Of a stretch of DNA of 64,000 nt, positions 47,872 through 59,766 are shown piece after piece. The DNA comes from Hyaloraphidium curvatum SAG 235-1 (Eukaryota > Fungi > Monoblepharomycota). Every line of letters begins with the position of its first letter. Positions within the stretch are counted from its first letter, which is position 1. The position numbers and the translations under genes were made by a program. The notes below the pieces were generated by a model. It was not told the origin of the DNA. It searched no databases and saw only the letters and a list, made by a program, of their open reading frames with translations. The stretch covers positions 372,001 to 436,000 of the forward strand of contig JAIVFI010000001.1 in the NCBI GenBank assembly GCA_025558095.1, in the 5' to 3' direction.

Positions 47872-47947
47872 TACATCAAGCTCCGGTACCTCTCAGGACC
47901 GGCTTTCCATTACATCAAGCTCGGGTGCCTCCCGGGACCGGCTTTCC
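47872..47947. repeat. Two-copy 39-bp-period tandem duplication
   Basis: TACATCAAGCTCCGGTACCTCTCAGGACCGGCTTTCC / TACATCAAGCTCGGGTGCCTCCCGGGACCGGCTTTCC. Confidence 0.8.
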
Positions 47948-48189
47948 TCTGCCAAGTGTTGTGTGTTGTAGTGGGGAGTTCGGAGGTGATTCCGGCCCGC
48001 CGCCGCGCACCCGCGCCAGCCACTCCCGTCACTCCAGAAGGACTTCCTGCGCCCACCCGCTGATGCCGCCGAATTGGCCCAACGACCGCGTCAAAGCTAT
48101 GGAGATATTACTTAGGAAGGAGCCCTGCCAACGATTGGGAAGGCTCGCCTGGTAGTCGGTCTCCGGACGTTGCCCCAGCTCGCCGCCAA

Positions 48190-49341
48190 TTGGGCATCGT
48201 CGCCGTTCTCGCCGTGCTCCTGGTTCTTTCCTTTGCCTTCATTACCCGCGGGCGGCGACCGTCGCTGTTGTCTGGACCCCACGCCGTCTCACCGTCGGCG
48301 GCCGTTCCGCGCCTCTCCCGAACCTGTGACGTTGTTTTTGCGCGGTGGCCGACCAAAGACGGTGCCGGTTCCCTCTCCATTAGGAGGGTCATCCTCTACT
48401 TCCTGGCGCGCATCCTCGGGGTCGGGTACCTGGCGCGGGAGCCCTCGCCCGAGCAGTACGACAAGCACGGCAACGACACGGACGATACGGGCGTGCGATG
48501 GAACAAACTCATTAAGCTGCCTGATTATGAGACAGCAGGATGCACGCTGGACCCCGAGGGGCCATGCCTCCACTACTTGAAGTTGTTCCAGCCGGCATCT
48601 TTCGCCGAACTGGAGGCCGGCGTCTCGGAGGCATGTTCACTTGCCAAGGAAGCGTGGAAAAAGGCCGCGGTTATGGTCATGGCCATTGCGATGAAGATCG
48701 TGACGCCGGTCATGCTTGACCGTGCGCCACCGATGTTGCCAGTGTTTCCTAGGCTCTTGGAACATCCGTGCGGGCCGCCAACCGCGCGTCTGACCGCAGA
48801 GTGCAACGAACAGGAGGTCTTTGTTGCTATGCACGTGCGTAGGGGAGATGTCATTCAGAAGAGCAATCACGAGTTCCGGCTAACCCACAATCAATACTTT
48901 ATTGGACTCGCCGCGAACTTGTCGACAATCCTCGCCGAGCTGGACCTCAGACCGCACTTCTACGTGTTCTACGACAGCGATGTAAAGCCCGAGCTCCGAC
49001 ACCTGTTGAAACTGGACGAGTTTGGAGCTATCCGGACGCACTCGGCCCTGACGATGATTGGAGGCGGGGATCCAATCTCCGCCTTCCAGGCACTTTCACG
49101 ATCCGACATTTTGGTCACGTCGGTCTCAACCTTTTCGCACCTAGCTGGGCTGTTGCACGGCCAGGGACGGGGAATAGTCATTTACCATCGACGTCATGTG
49201 CTGTTGGAGCCGCGATCGGACTGGTTCGTCGCAGACCCCAACCTGAGCAACTACCACGGACTGAGGGACCACGTCTTGTCTCATGCTGGCGCGCTGCGGA
49301 GGTCATTGGATCGACGGAAAGCGGCGCCGGCACGGCTGTGA
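48190..49341 (+). CDS. Type II membrane fucosyltransferase-like protein (GT11/GT23-type motifs); true start probably upstream
   Basis: N-terminal TM; VAMHVRRGD; FYVFYD; AFQALSRSDILVTSVSTFSHLAGLL. Confidence 0.65.
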   Translation: MGIVAVLAVLLVLSFAFITRGRRPSLLSGPHAVSPSAAVPRLSRTCDVVFARWPTKDGAGSLSIRRVILYFLARILGVGYLAREPSPEQYDKHGNDTDDTGVRWNKLIKLPDYETAGCTLDPEGPCLHYLKLFQPASFAELEAGVSEACSLAKEAWKKAAVMVMAIAMKIVTPVMLDRAPPMLPVFPRLLEHPCGPPTARLTAECNEQEVFVAMHVRRGDVIQKSNHEFRLTHNQYFIGLAANLSTILAELDLRPHFYVFYDSDVKPELRHLLKLDEFGAIRTHSALTMIGGGDPISAFQALSRSDILVTSVSTFSHLAGLLHGQGRGIVIYHRRHVLLEPRSDWFVADPNLSNYHGLRDHVLSHAGALRRSLDRRKAAPARL

Positions 49342-49954
49342 CGCTAGCGCCGCAGCGGCCGAGCTGCCAGAGAGACGAGCGGACGAATGCGCTGGAGAGG
49401 CGGGAAGAGGCGCCGCAGATGCTCGCCGAGGCCGAGGCTTCCCTCACTGAAGTCGGAGGCAGCGCCGGCGACCGATCGGGGAGCCTTCGGCGCGACCAGC
49501 ATGGACAGCCTGCTGGGTGGCTTCTCGACTCCCGACGGGCAAAAGCTACCGCGCAGCCCAAAACCACGTAGTGGCGAGCAGACCATGTCAACAGAAGGGC
49601 GTGGCGCTCTCATATAGCACGGTACAGATTTGGAACCAGTTTGAGAAATTTCCTTCGCGATCGGGCTCGAGCCCGTCCAACTTGCGCCAATACCCCCACC
49701 ATGATGGCAGCCACCACGCCCTCCTGGAGCACCTGCTCCATCTGCTTGCAGCATATGCTGCCGAGCTGGACCCTCGTCTTCCTCGCCTCATGGGGATGTT
49801 GGTCGGGAGCCCAACACGCCCTCGATCACGCGCCAACCTCGACGATCGATCGCGTAAACATCAGACGCCACTTCGCGAATCTCCTCCATCAAACCGAGCG
49901 AACGACGCATCTGTCATCGGGTCACTTCCGTCTCCAGAGAAAACGCGCACAAAG

Positions 49955-50746
49955 ATGCCCAGCAGCCTCTGGGACCTCTACCGCGACCACCTCGCCGACG
50001 CCGAGTATACGGACCTCACGCACTCCTTCTTCCCGGGGATGCCGCACTTCCACATGCTCCCTGACGAGGAGCGCAACGTGGTCTTCGACTTTCCCGCCGC
50101 GGAATTCCGCGTGCACAAGTTTTCCCACGTCGGACAATGGGGCACCCACGTGGATCCGCCGTCCCACTTCGTCGCCGACGGCCGGCCGGCGGACCAGATC
50201 CCCGTCAGCGAGATGCTGCTCCCCCTCGTCGTCATCGACATCTCCTCGCGCGTCGTCGAGGACCCCGACGCGGTCCCCACGATCGCCGACGTCGAAAAGT
50301 GGGAATCCAAGCACGGCCGCATCCCAAAGGGGGCCTTCGTCGCGCTGCGCACGGATTGGTACAAGCGCTGGCCAGACGCCGCGGCGTTCGACAATAAGGA
50401 CGCGAAGGGGAGGAACCATGCCCCCGGGTGGTCGCTCGATGTGCTGAAGCTGCTGCTGGAGGAGCGGGGGGCGACTGCGTTTGGGCACGAGGGCACGGAT
50501 ACCGACCCCGGGTCCGCGACATCGGCCGGGGACTACTCGCTCGAGAGGTGGGTTCGCCGACGTCGGGCTCCCGCAGCTGACGATGATCGGGGCAGGTACA
50601 TCCTGGCCAAGGACAGGTGGCAAATTGAGCTGATGGCGAACCTGGACAAGGTGCCCGAGGCGGGAGCACTTGTGATGGCGACGTGGCCAAAGCCAAAGGA
50701 CGGCTCGGGGTTCCCGGCGCGCGTGATTGCCATCCACTCCAAGTAG
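49955..50746 (+). CDS. Cyclase / kynurenine-formamidase (KynB) family metal hydrolase; one 48-nt intron 50548-50595
   Basis: YTDLTHSF, HVGQWGTHVDPPSHF, FVALRTDW, GHEGTDTD, QIELMANLDKVP and GSGFPARVIAI. Confidence 0.9.
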   Translation: MPSSLWDLYRDHLADAEYTDLTHSFFPGMPHFHMLPDEERNVVFDFPAAEFRVHKFSHVGQWGTHVDPPSHFVADGRPADQIPVSEMLLPLVVIDISSRVVEDPDAVPTIADVEKWESKHGRIPKGAFVALRTDWYKRWPDAAAFDNKDAKGRNHAPGWSLDVLKLLLEERGATAFGHEGTDTDPGSATSAGDYSLERWVRRRRAPAADDDRGRYILAKDRWQIELMANLDKVPEAGALVMATWPKPKDGSGFPARVIAIHSK

Positions 50747-51028
50747 AACTTGGAGGCGGCTCGGAGAGCGTTCGGCGCGTTCAGGGTACTTCTCCGACGA
50801 ATGCTCTGGACGAGGACGGATCCGAGAAAGGCGCGGACGACGACTCGAAGTTTCTTGCGGAGTGCGAACTGGTTGTCACGAGGCCTTCCGTCCTGAAATC
50901 GGTTGGATCGTTCTCTAGTTCGGGGAAAGGTCGTACGTGTTATTTATTGTACTCGATACCCACACATGGTCTCATAGTCGATGTTTGTGCCCATTTGTCT
51001 CGGGGAAGTCAGTGTGTTGCGGGGAGCA

Positions 51029-51790
51029 ATGAGTCATCACAAAGGAGCTCCAGACTCAGACTCCTGCGCCAATTCCTCGCCTTGCGGCAACCGTATTCGA
51101 TGAAGCAGCCGCCCAGACCGGCTTCTTCCGCACCGGCGCGTTCGTCCCGTTCCTGGAGTCGGGCGAGCACTCTGACCTCAGCGTCGTCGCTGCGGACGGA
51201 ACCAGACGCCGGCTCCACCGCATCGTGCTCTGTGCCCATTCGGGATTCTTTCGGGCTGCACTGAAGCACGGGTTCAATGAGGCGGCGGAGGGCGAGGTCC
51301 GGTTGGGCTTCCCCGACCCCCGCGGCGTCTGGCCAGCTGTCCTCCGCTGGATGTACGGCGGCAAGATCACCATCGATTCTGGCAACTTTGCAGCACTGTT
51401 CGCCATGGCTTCGCAGCTGGACATCACGCGGCTGGCGGCGCACTGCGAGGCGTGGATGACCGTGTTGCAGCGCTTCTGCTGTTCCTCGATCTCGCCGACT
51501 TTCCCGAAGCCAAAGACCTTGTGATGCCCTTCGCCGCGAAAACGTTCGGCACCAGTCAGCCACTTCTTCAAGGAGCTCGGACGTTCATCACCACCAGTTC
51601 GATTCGTGCAATTGCGGCCGTTCGGCACTCAGGAAAAGGGGAACGCTACCAGCATCAACATCGCGGAGCTGAACATGGTGTTCATATCTCACGAAGAGGA
51701 GTTCCTGGAACAGTGGGCGGAGCGCAGTCTGCGGCAGACCCAGTCAAGGTCTGCAAGGACGCATCACGTGGGATAGCTCAGGGAGCCTGA
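51029..51790 (+). CDS. BTB/POZ domain protein (exon structure and ends uncertain)
   Basis: HRIVLCAHSGFFRAALKHGFNEAAEGEVRL...VLRWMYGGKITI...LFAMASQLDITRLAAHC. Confidence 0.75.
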
Positions 51791-51928
51791 TGGACTCATG
51801 GGTCGGAAATGACGGGCTGCATCTGACGCCTCGGCAAGACAGCTTCTCTTTTTTCAGTCACCCTACAACGCTATCTCCGGCCGCCGCGTCTGTCAAAGCG
51901 TCGAAGGGAATGCGGAACAGGACAATGG

Positions 51929-52555
51929 TTACGACTGGCAGTGAACGGGGAGCGAGGCGACCCACCTCCGGCCCCGCCCGCCCCGGTCCGCGCTGCCGCC
52001 TGCCGGTCCCCTCACGAACGCCCAGTTGACGTTCACCACGTTCCCCAGCATCTCCGTTCCGTTCGCGCCCTCGATGGCGGACTTGGCTTCGCCGTTGGTC
52101 TCGTACTCGATCAGCGCGTAGCCCTTGACGTAGCCCGTCCGCCGGTCCAGGTTCAGGTGCAGGTTCTTGATCTCGCCAAACTCGGAGAACTTGTCCCGCA
52201 CGTCGTCCTCGGACGCCTCCTCGTGCACGCCCGACACGATGACGATCCAGCCCTCGACGGCTGTCCAGAACGACCCCATGAGAATGGTTCTCCTGCGTGC
52301 CCGCCCTTTTCCACCCACATCGCTGGGCCGAGCCGGTCGAGTCGCCCTCCAGCGTGTCGAATCGCTGGTTCCCAAAGTCGCGGTCGCGCTGCGCGTCGTC
52401 GCCGCCGAAGCCGCGGCCCTTTCGCTTTGTCGCTGCCGACTTGACGCGCTCGGCGGCGTCTGCGGGGCGTCAGCGGCGCCGCGCCGGCCGCGAAAGGGCG
52501 CACCGTCGTCGACCTGCATGCCCTCCTCGGCAACCTCGTCCGCTGCGTCCGCCAT
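51929..52555 (-). CDS. RBM8A: Exon-junction complex protein Y14
   Basis: [52 protein letters not shown]. Confidence 0.95.
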   Translation of the reverse strand: MADAADEVAEEGMQVDDGAPFRGRRGAADAPQTPPSASSRQRQSERAAASAATTRSATATLGTSDSTRWRATRPARPSDVGGKGRARRRTILMGSFWTAVEGWIVIVSGVHEEASEDDVRDKFSEFGEIKNLHLNLDRRTGYVKGYALIEYETNGEAKSAIEGANGTEMLGNVVNVNWAFVRGPAGGSADRGGRGRRWVASLPVHCQS

Positions 52556-52653
52556 CTCTCCTCTTTCGTGGAAATGTGTCTGTTCGGACCGCACCAAGGG
52601 AATTGCGCCTTCCCAGTTCTCGTGCAGCAGCGGGCCTCTCCGGGCTGCGACCG

Positions 52654-54691
52654 ATGAGGCCGCCAAAGGCCCTGCGGCACAGCTGCTGGGCGCCTTTGCA
52701 CCCGCTGCCGCCGCCGGTTGCCCGCGATGGCGCGTGCAGGCCGCTCCGTGCGCCTTCCAAGCGGCGGCTCGCCACCGCCGCCGCGAACACCGCAAACGCC
52801 CCGGAATCGGCCGCTCCCGAGTTTGCTTCCCTCTTTTCGCGCGTCTCGCGGCCCGTGCCGCCCGCTCCCGGGGACGTGGCCGAGGAACGACGCCGCCTCG
52901 CGCCCCTGGGCCCGATCGGGCAACCGACGTTCCTGTCCCACCCGCACCTCTTGCAAGCGGGCGAAATCACCACCGGAATCAGCAGGCAGGAGTACCGGGA
53001 GAGGCGGAGCAACCTGATGAAGGCGGTTCCGGAGGGCTCGATCGCGATCGTGGGGGGCTACGGGGTCAGATACATGACCGGCGGCATCTTGTGAGTCGGC
53101 CCTCCTTCGTGCCGCGGAAGGCGCCTAAAGCCCCGTGCAGCTATCCATTCAGACAGAATTCCGATCTGCTGTACCTGACGGGGTGCGAGGAGCCCGACTG
53201 CGCGGTTGTCCTGCTCAAGGACTCCTCGGCGCCCAACGGGCACCGCTTCGTCATGTTTGTGCGGCCAAAGGAGCGGAACGTGGAGCTGTGGGATGGTCCG
53301 CGGATCGGCCTCGACGGGTGCCGACACTTTTTCGAGGCCGATGAGGTGCTTTTGGTTGTCGGCGCCTCTTATCTTCACCTCACCCTTGCTCCCCAACCAG
53401 GCCCACCCGATCAGCAACCTCCAATCCTACCTCCGTGACCTGGTGGCCGACAAGATTCGGACATCGTCTGACGGCAGCGCCCACATCTACACGGACCTGC
53501 CCATCTCCATCCTGGATCCTGGGGACACCAATGGCCCAGCTCCGCGCCCTCCCTCCTTTCACAGCAGCTACAGCGTCACGGATCCCCCGCGCGAGGACCG
53601 CGAGGCGTGTTTTTCCAGCTTCGTTCGCCGCCTCACGCTGCAGGAGCCCGAGGAGGCGGCCGCTCCGGCGTCGGACGATTCCAAATCCTCCGGATGGTGG
53701 TCCTTCTCCTCCTCCCGCTCCACCCGCCGCTCCCGCCGGGCCATCCTCCTCCGCCCCCTCAAGATGCACCTCCAGGAGCTCCGCGCGATCAAATCCCCAG
53801 CCGAATGCGACCTGATGCTCCGCGCCGGCCGCATCACCGGCCTCGGCTTCCGCCACCTCATGTCCGCCTGCCGCCCCGGCGCGACGGAGCACCAGCTGTG
53901 CGCAGCCTTCGACGGACACGTCCGCACCGCCGGCGCGTCGCGGATGGCCTACGTGCCCGTGGTGGCGGGGGGGAGGAACGCGCTGACGCTGCACTACGTG
54001 CACAACCGGGCCAGGCTCGAGGCGGGGGATCTGGTGCTCGTGGACGCGGGGGTGGAGTACGGGGGGTACGTGAGCGACGTGACGAGGACGCTGCCCGTGA
54101 GCGGGCGGTTCTCGGAGCCCCAGAGGAAGCTTTACGAGGCGTTGCTGCGGGTCCAGAAAGCTGCGGTCGAGGTGGTTTCGCCGCGCGGTCCGTTTCTGTC
54201 TGTACTCTGACGCACGCCAACGCCACAGCAATGCACCGAGTCCGCCAAGCTCTCCCTCGACGACATCCACTCCGCCTCCCACCAGGCCCTGCGCCGCGAG
54301 CTCGAGGCCCTCTTTGGCCGCATGGTCACGGCGCGCGAGATGGACCGGCTGTACCCGCACCACATCGGGCACTGGCTCGGCATGGACGTGCACGACGGGG
54401 ACGGGATACCGAGGTCGAGGAAGCTCAAGAAGGGCATGGTGGTGACCATTGGTGGGGAGGGCGATCGTCTCTTCCGTCGGGCCGCGCTCAACCGCCTGCC
54501 GTTTGCCAGAACCCGGGGTCTACGTGCCTCCAAGCCCCGAATACCCCCCCGAATACCAGAACATCGGCATCAGGATAGAGGACGACGTCCTGGTCGGCCT
54601 GAAGGGCAGCCTGGCGCTGAGCGCATCGGCGCCCAAGGACGTGGACGAGATCGAGGAGCTGATGACCACGACACGAGGAGTGCAACCTTGA
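52654..54691 (+). CDS. ICP55: Mitochondrial intermediate cleaving peptidase 55 / XPNPEP3 (M24B)
   Basis: [73 protein letters not shown] and GIRIEDDV. Confidence 0.92.
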
Positions 54692-54779
54692 AACACCCAA
54701 TACACCGCAACGACTACCCTTGTCTCCGTCTAGCTGTCTGAAGGTATAGAACACCGATACTGAACACGGATGAATTGCA

Positions 54780-57028
54780 TCAAAGCTTCGCCTGCGGCTT
54801 GTGCACCAGGTCGATGATGGCCGGCACCACGCCCGGGTCCGAGAGCGTCGACAGGTCGCCCAGCTCGCCGATATCGTCCTGCGACTTCACGTCCCCGTCG
54901 GCGATCTTGCGCAGGATGCGGCGCATGATCTTGCCGGACCGCGTCTTGGGCAGGTCGGCGACGGCGTAAACCCGCTTCGGCGCGCTGAACGGCCCGAGGG
55001 TCTGCCGCACGTGGTCGATCATCTCCTTCTGCACCTCCTGCGGGGAGGTCCGCGCCGAGGTCTGCTTGGTCACGACGAAGGCAACCACCGCCTGGCCCTG
55101 CGATCGCACGCGGGTCAGCCGAGCGTCCCGCCGCCGAACCGGGCAAACCAACCGTGATCTCGTCCTTGATCCCCACCGACGCCGCCTCGGCGCACGCGGG
55201 GTGCTGCGCCAGCGCCGCCTCCACCTCCGAGGTGGAGATGCGGTGCCCCGAAACGTTCACGACGTCGTCCACCCGCCCGCGGATCCAGTAGTACCCGTCC
55301 TTGTCCCTCGCCGCGCCGTCGCCGGTGAAGTAGTATCCCGGGTAGGCCTTGAAGTACGTCTCGTGGTACCGCGGGTGGTTCTGGAGGACGGTGCGCGCGA
55401 TCGAGGGCCAGGCGCCCTTGTTGAGCTTGATCGCGAGGATGCCGGTGACGCCGTTGCCGCGAAGCTCCTTGCCCGTGGCCACGTCGAGGATGACGGGCTC
55501 GATGCCGAAGAAGGGGAGGGTACAGGAGCCGGGTTTCATGGCGTGCGCGCCGGGGAGGGGGGTGAGGAGGATGGAGCCGGATTCCGACTGCCAGCTGCGT
55601 GGGGGCGTTCAGCAAAGGCGCGTGCCGGGGCCGGGCGGGAACGCACTAGGTGTCAACGACGGAGCACTTCGAGTCCCCGCAGACCTCGAAGAACCATTTC
55701 CACGCCTCGGGGCTGATGGGCTCGCCGACGGAGCCGAGGATGCGCAGCGAGGTGCGGTCGTGCTTCCTGACGAAGCTGTCGCCGGCCTTTTGCAGCGTGC
55801 GGATCGCCGTCGGGGCGGTGTAGAGGTGCGTGAGGCGGTGCGTCTCGACGATCTGCCAGAAGCGGCCTGCATCCGGGAAGGTCGGAATGCCCTCGAACAT
55901 CAGCGTGGTCGCGCCCATGGCGAGGGGTCCGTAGACGAGGTACGAGTGGCCCGTGATCCACCCGACGTCGGCGGTGCAGCCAAAGATGTCGCCCTCGTGG
56001 AAGTCAAAGACGTACTTGAAGCTGACCATGGCCTGGAGGAGGTACCCTGCCGACCCGTGGATCAGGCCCTTGGCTGGACACCGCAGGTCATCAGACAACT
56101 CCAACGGACGGATTCCGGCGAAACCTACGTTTCCCGGTAGAGCCCGAGGTGTACATGTTGAAGAGGTGGTCCTCGGAACTGACAGGAACGGGGTCGCAGT
56201 ACGGCCTCTGGATGTCGACGGCATCGTGCCACCACACGTCCCGCGGCGCGTGCATCGGCGTGCCGAACGCCCCCGTGCGGCGCAGCACGACGCAGTGCTT
56301 CACGCCGGGGCACTCGAGCAGCGCCTGGTCCACGAGCCCCTTGAGCTTGATGCTCTTTCCGCCGCGGCGCGACTCGTCGACCGTGAAGACCACAGTGGAG
56401 CCCGAGTCGTTGATGCGGTCGCGGAGGGCGTCGGCGGAGAAGCCGGCAAAGACGACGCAGTGCACGAGGCCGAGGCGGGCGCAGGCGAGCATGGCGTAGG
56501 CGGCCTCGGGGACCTGATATCGGGAGGATCAGCGGGCGAAGAGCGAGCAAACGGGCAGAGGCGCACCATGGGCATGTAGATGGCGACGTAGTCGCCCTTC
56601 TTGAGGCCGTAGCCGGCGAGCAGGTTGGCGACCTGGCACACGTTGGCCAGCAGCTCGGCGTACGAGATGTACTTGTGCTCCCCGGGCTCGTCCGCCTCCC
56701 AGATGATTGCGGTCTTGTCCGGGTTGGCCAGGGCGTGGCGGTCGATGCAGTTGTAGGCCACGTTGAGGGTGCCGCCGTGGAACCAGCTGAAGTCGCCCCG
56801 CTCGTGGCCGCCGGCGGCGACGCTCCTGAACGGCGTGTCCCAGGTGATCATGTTGCGTGCCAGGTCGCCCCAGAAGCCCTCGGGGTCGGCCAGCGAGCGG
56901 GCGTGCATGTCCTTGTACTGCTCGACCGCGTAGATGTGCGGGCGCGGCGAGCGCTTCTGTGCCGGCGGCGGGATGACGGTGTCGAGGCCCGCGGGCGCTT
57001 GGGACATCTGGGAAGCGTCGATTTCCAT
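54780..57028 (-). CDS. ACS: Acetyl-CoA synthetase
   Basis: [62 protein letters not shown] and [12 protein letters not shown]. Confidence 0.97.
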
Positions 57029-57181
57029 CGTGCGGGCGGGGCGGGCTGCCGGCAGGAGGTGGAGAGGGCGGAGAGTCTGCGAGGAGTCGCCGTGACGGAG
57101 CGACGATCCGGCATGAGGTCACGGCTCCGTCGCGCTGAGGTAAGCAAACAAGGGGTTTCCTCGGTCGGGGTCCTTCGCCGT

Positions 57182-58600
57182 ATGCGCTTTTCGCGAATGT
57201 CGCTCCTCGAGGAGAGCCCGCCGTGGGACGACGGCGGCGACGGCGACAGTGCGGAAGACGGGGGCGCTGCACCGGGCGCCGATGGCGATGGCGGGGCGCG
57301 GAAGGCCGGCCAGGAGGCAATTGCCGAAACGGCCGCGGGCGACACTTCTCGGGACAAGCCCGCCGCGTCTCTCCAGCCGTCGCGGCTGCCGCTGCCGGTG
57401 CATGTGCCGAACGGGGCATTCCGGCTGGGGTTTGCTCCCCCTGCGGGCCCTCCCGCCCCGCGACGACCCGTCAACGGTCTCCCGACCCCACCGACGACGC
57501 CGGCAAAGCGGCCTCCCGAGCACTCGCCTCACAAGAAACCCTTTCCGACCTATCCGACCCTGATGGACATCAATTCGACCACGACGCACGTCGTTGTCAA
57601 GGAGGTCTCGCGCGTCACGGGGCTGTCTCAGCGGCTCGACCCGGACGTGCCCCGCATCCTGCGGACATCGGTCGTCGGCGTCTTTTTCGACGCCGAGCAG
57701 GCGGCAGCCGATGCCCTGGAACGCCTGCTCGTCGACGTGGAGCTCGCCTGCGGCGACTTCGCCGCCGTTTCCGAGCTGCGCGAGGCCGCCCTGACAGGCG
57801 GCCGGCCGTTCGCAGCGCGCCTCCAGGACGCGCAGGCGTGGCTCGCGCGTCACGCCCCATTCGCCGCGCGCGGTGAGGACACGGTGGTCTACCGCGTCGA
57901 GCGGACAGAGTTCCAGGAACCGCGGCCGGTCACCGACGCCGGCTTCCGCGCGCGGTTCCGCTCGCCCTCTCCAGCAAACCGCTCGACCCCCCCGCGGACA
58001 CCGAGCCCCTCCGCGCGACGCCCCGCGCCGCCACCCGCACCCATCGACGACCCCTCCTCCCTCGCCGCCCCCGTCCTGGACCCCTCTTCCGGCCTCCCAG
58101 TGATCCTCCCCCTCCCGCTCCACCCCGTCCCCCCTCTGCCCGCCTTCTCGGGGCGGTACCACCCCACCCACATCACCCACCCCCGCCCGCGCCCGCTGCT
58201 CGATTCGGAGCTCCCCCTCGCCGCGCTGGACCTGTCGCTCGACAGGCCAAGGGGGAGGGAATGGGGATCGTGCTACCTCGTCGAGGGGATCAGCTGCCGC
58301 CTCTCCGGGCCGTGTACGCTCGGGGAACCCGAGCTGGAGGGGTGGGACCTCGACCCCGACATCGTTCCCCGTCGCGATCCCGCGCAGGTGCTCAGGATGT
58401 CATGGGCGCCCACGAGCGTCATGGCCTCGCGGCTCACCCCCGCACAGCGCGCGTTCTACGCCAAGGGAACGGCAAGGGCGGAGCTGAGGCTGCTGAAGGG
58501 TGGGTGGGCGGTGTTGGTGCTGGAGTTCCCGGAGAGGTGCTGGGTGGGGTTGGACAGGGTCGTGGCGCTGTGTCGGAGGGATCATCCTACAGCTGCATGA
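57182..58600 (+). CDS. Hypothetical protein, intronless, with Pro-rich linkers and two globular-looking regions
   Basis: Long ORF with GC3-rich codon use, divergent from ACS; no family recognised. Confidence 0.6.
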   Translation: MRFSRMSLLEESPPWDDGGDGDSAEDGGAAPGADGDGGARKAGQEAIAETAAGDTSRDKPAASLQPSRLPLPVHVPNGAFRLGFAPPAGPPAPRRPVNGLPTPPTTPAKRPPEHSPHKKPFPTYPTLMDINSTTTHVVVKEVSRVTGLSQRLDPDVPRILRTSVVGVFFDAEQAAADALERLLVDVELACGDFAAVSELREAALTGGRPFAARLQDAQAWLARHAPFAARGEDTVVYRVERTEFQEPRPVTDAGFRARFRSPSPANRSTPPRTPSPSARRPAPPPAPIDDPSSLAAPVLDPSSGLPVILPLPLHPVPPLPAFSGRYHPTHITHPRPRPLLDSELPLAALDLSLDRPRGREWGSCYLVEGISCRLSGPCTLGEPELEGWDLDPDIVPRRDPAQVLRMSWAPTSVMASRLTPAQRAFYAKGTARAELRLLKGGWAVLVLEFPERCWVGLDRVVALCRRDHPTAA

Positions 58601-59766
58601 CGGGCAGGTGGTCGCGGAGGCTGCGTTCCGTCGATAATGTAGCATTAGGATCGACCATGGACGGCGTACAGCCTGCTGCGTGTCGCGGGGCTCGATCGGC
58701 ATTCCGACTGTAATCTGGTCAAGCTCAGTCAAACTCCAAGAGGCCCCTTGTTTGCCACTCTCCTCAGCACCTGACCCGCTTCGGCCTCTTTGGCTGTTCG
58801 ACCTTCTTGCTCTTGTACCTCTTGCGGCTCGCAGTTTGCCCGGAGCACCACTCCGATGGACATCCGGACCGAACCCCCCTCGAGATCAGCTTCTGCCTCG
58901 GCGAGCATCCGAAACGCCTCCTCCCGCCTCTCCAGCGCATACCACGCTTCTTCTCCGAGCCCCGACCATCAGGAGGTTCCGCATCAAGTGCGGGAGACCG
59001 AGGGAACGAGAAGTTCCGGGCGGAGGGCTCGCAATCTTCTGTCCCCCGCTGCTGCGGCGCGGGTCTGGGCAACGATTCCTGAGTAGTCTCGGAGCCCCTG
59101 CAAACGATGCCGGTGCCTCGAAAATCGGCCAGGGGGCCGAACCTGCCCGGATGGCTCGGCTGGGATTGGAACGCCCGTGACGGTAACGACACGTTGTCCA
59201 TCTGCCAACGCGAAGACCGGGGGCGGCGGAGACACATCAATACAGCGCATCCGATCCGACTGCTGCTTTCTCCTCCTTCCTCCTTCGGTTCTGTTAGAGT
59301 GCCGCCATAGATGAGACGGAGGACTTGCACGATGCTGCAGTGCGCGGGAATCGTCTCTCCCTTGAAAGTTAGTCCCCGACGGACACGGCACCCCGGTTTC
59401 TACTCTCAAGATCGTACGAGAAGCTGCTCCCTGTCGTCGCCCGGAAGGACTGCCGGACGTTTGGAAGTCTGTCAGTCAGTCAATCAAGGTCGTAGTTCGC
59501 GGCTTCCGACCTCCAGCTTCCGACGCATGCCTCGGGCCGCGCGTGCATCGGCAGAGAAACAAAGTGGCTGACTAAAACGGAGCTCGGACGCAGGATCCGA
59601 TCCGTGTGCGGCGCGGCCGACTGCCGGGGTTGTCCTCCTGTCCCTCTTGCCTTCTAGGGAAGACACCTGAAGTCAAAATGGACAGGGTCCCGCATCCATC
59701 AGGGACTCCCGACCACCGAAATTGCTCGCTCTCGCGTCTCCTCCTGCCTCTTAAGATCCACAAACC

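Noticed and set aside
49517-49954. N-terminal extension of the 409-aa cyclase ORF
   Set aside because: Low-complexity, non-homologous sequence; the family match begins at ATG 49955
58680-59700. Several 100-190 aa ORFs between the hypothetical gene and the secreted protein
   Set aside because: No recognisable motifs or consistent exon chain; probably intergenic or UTR
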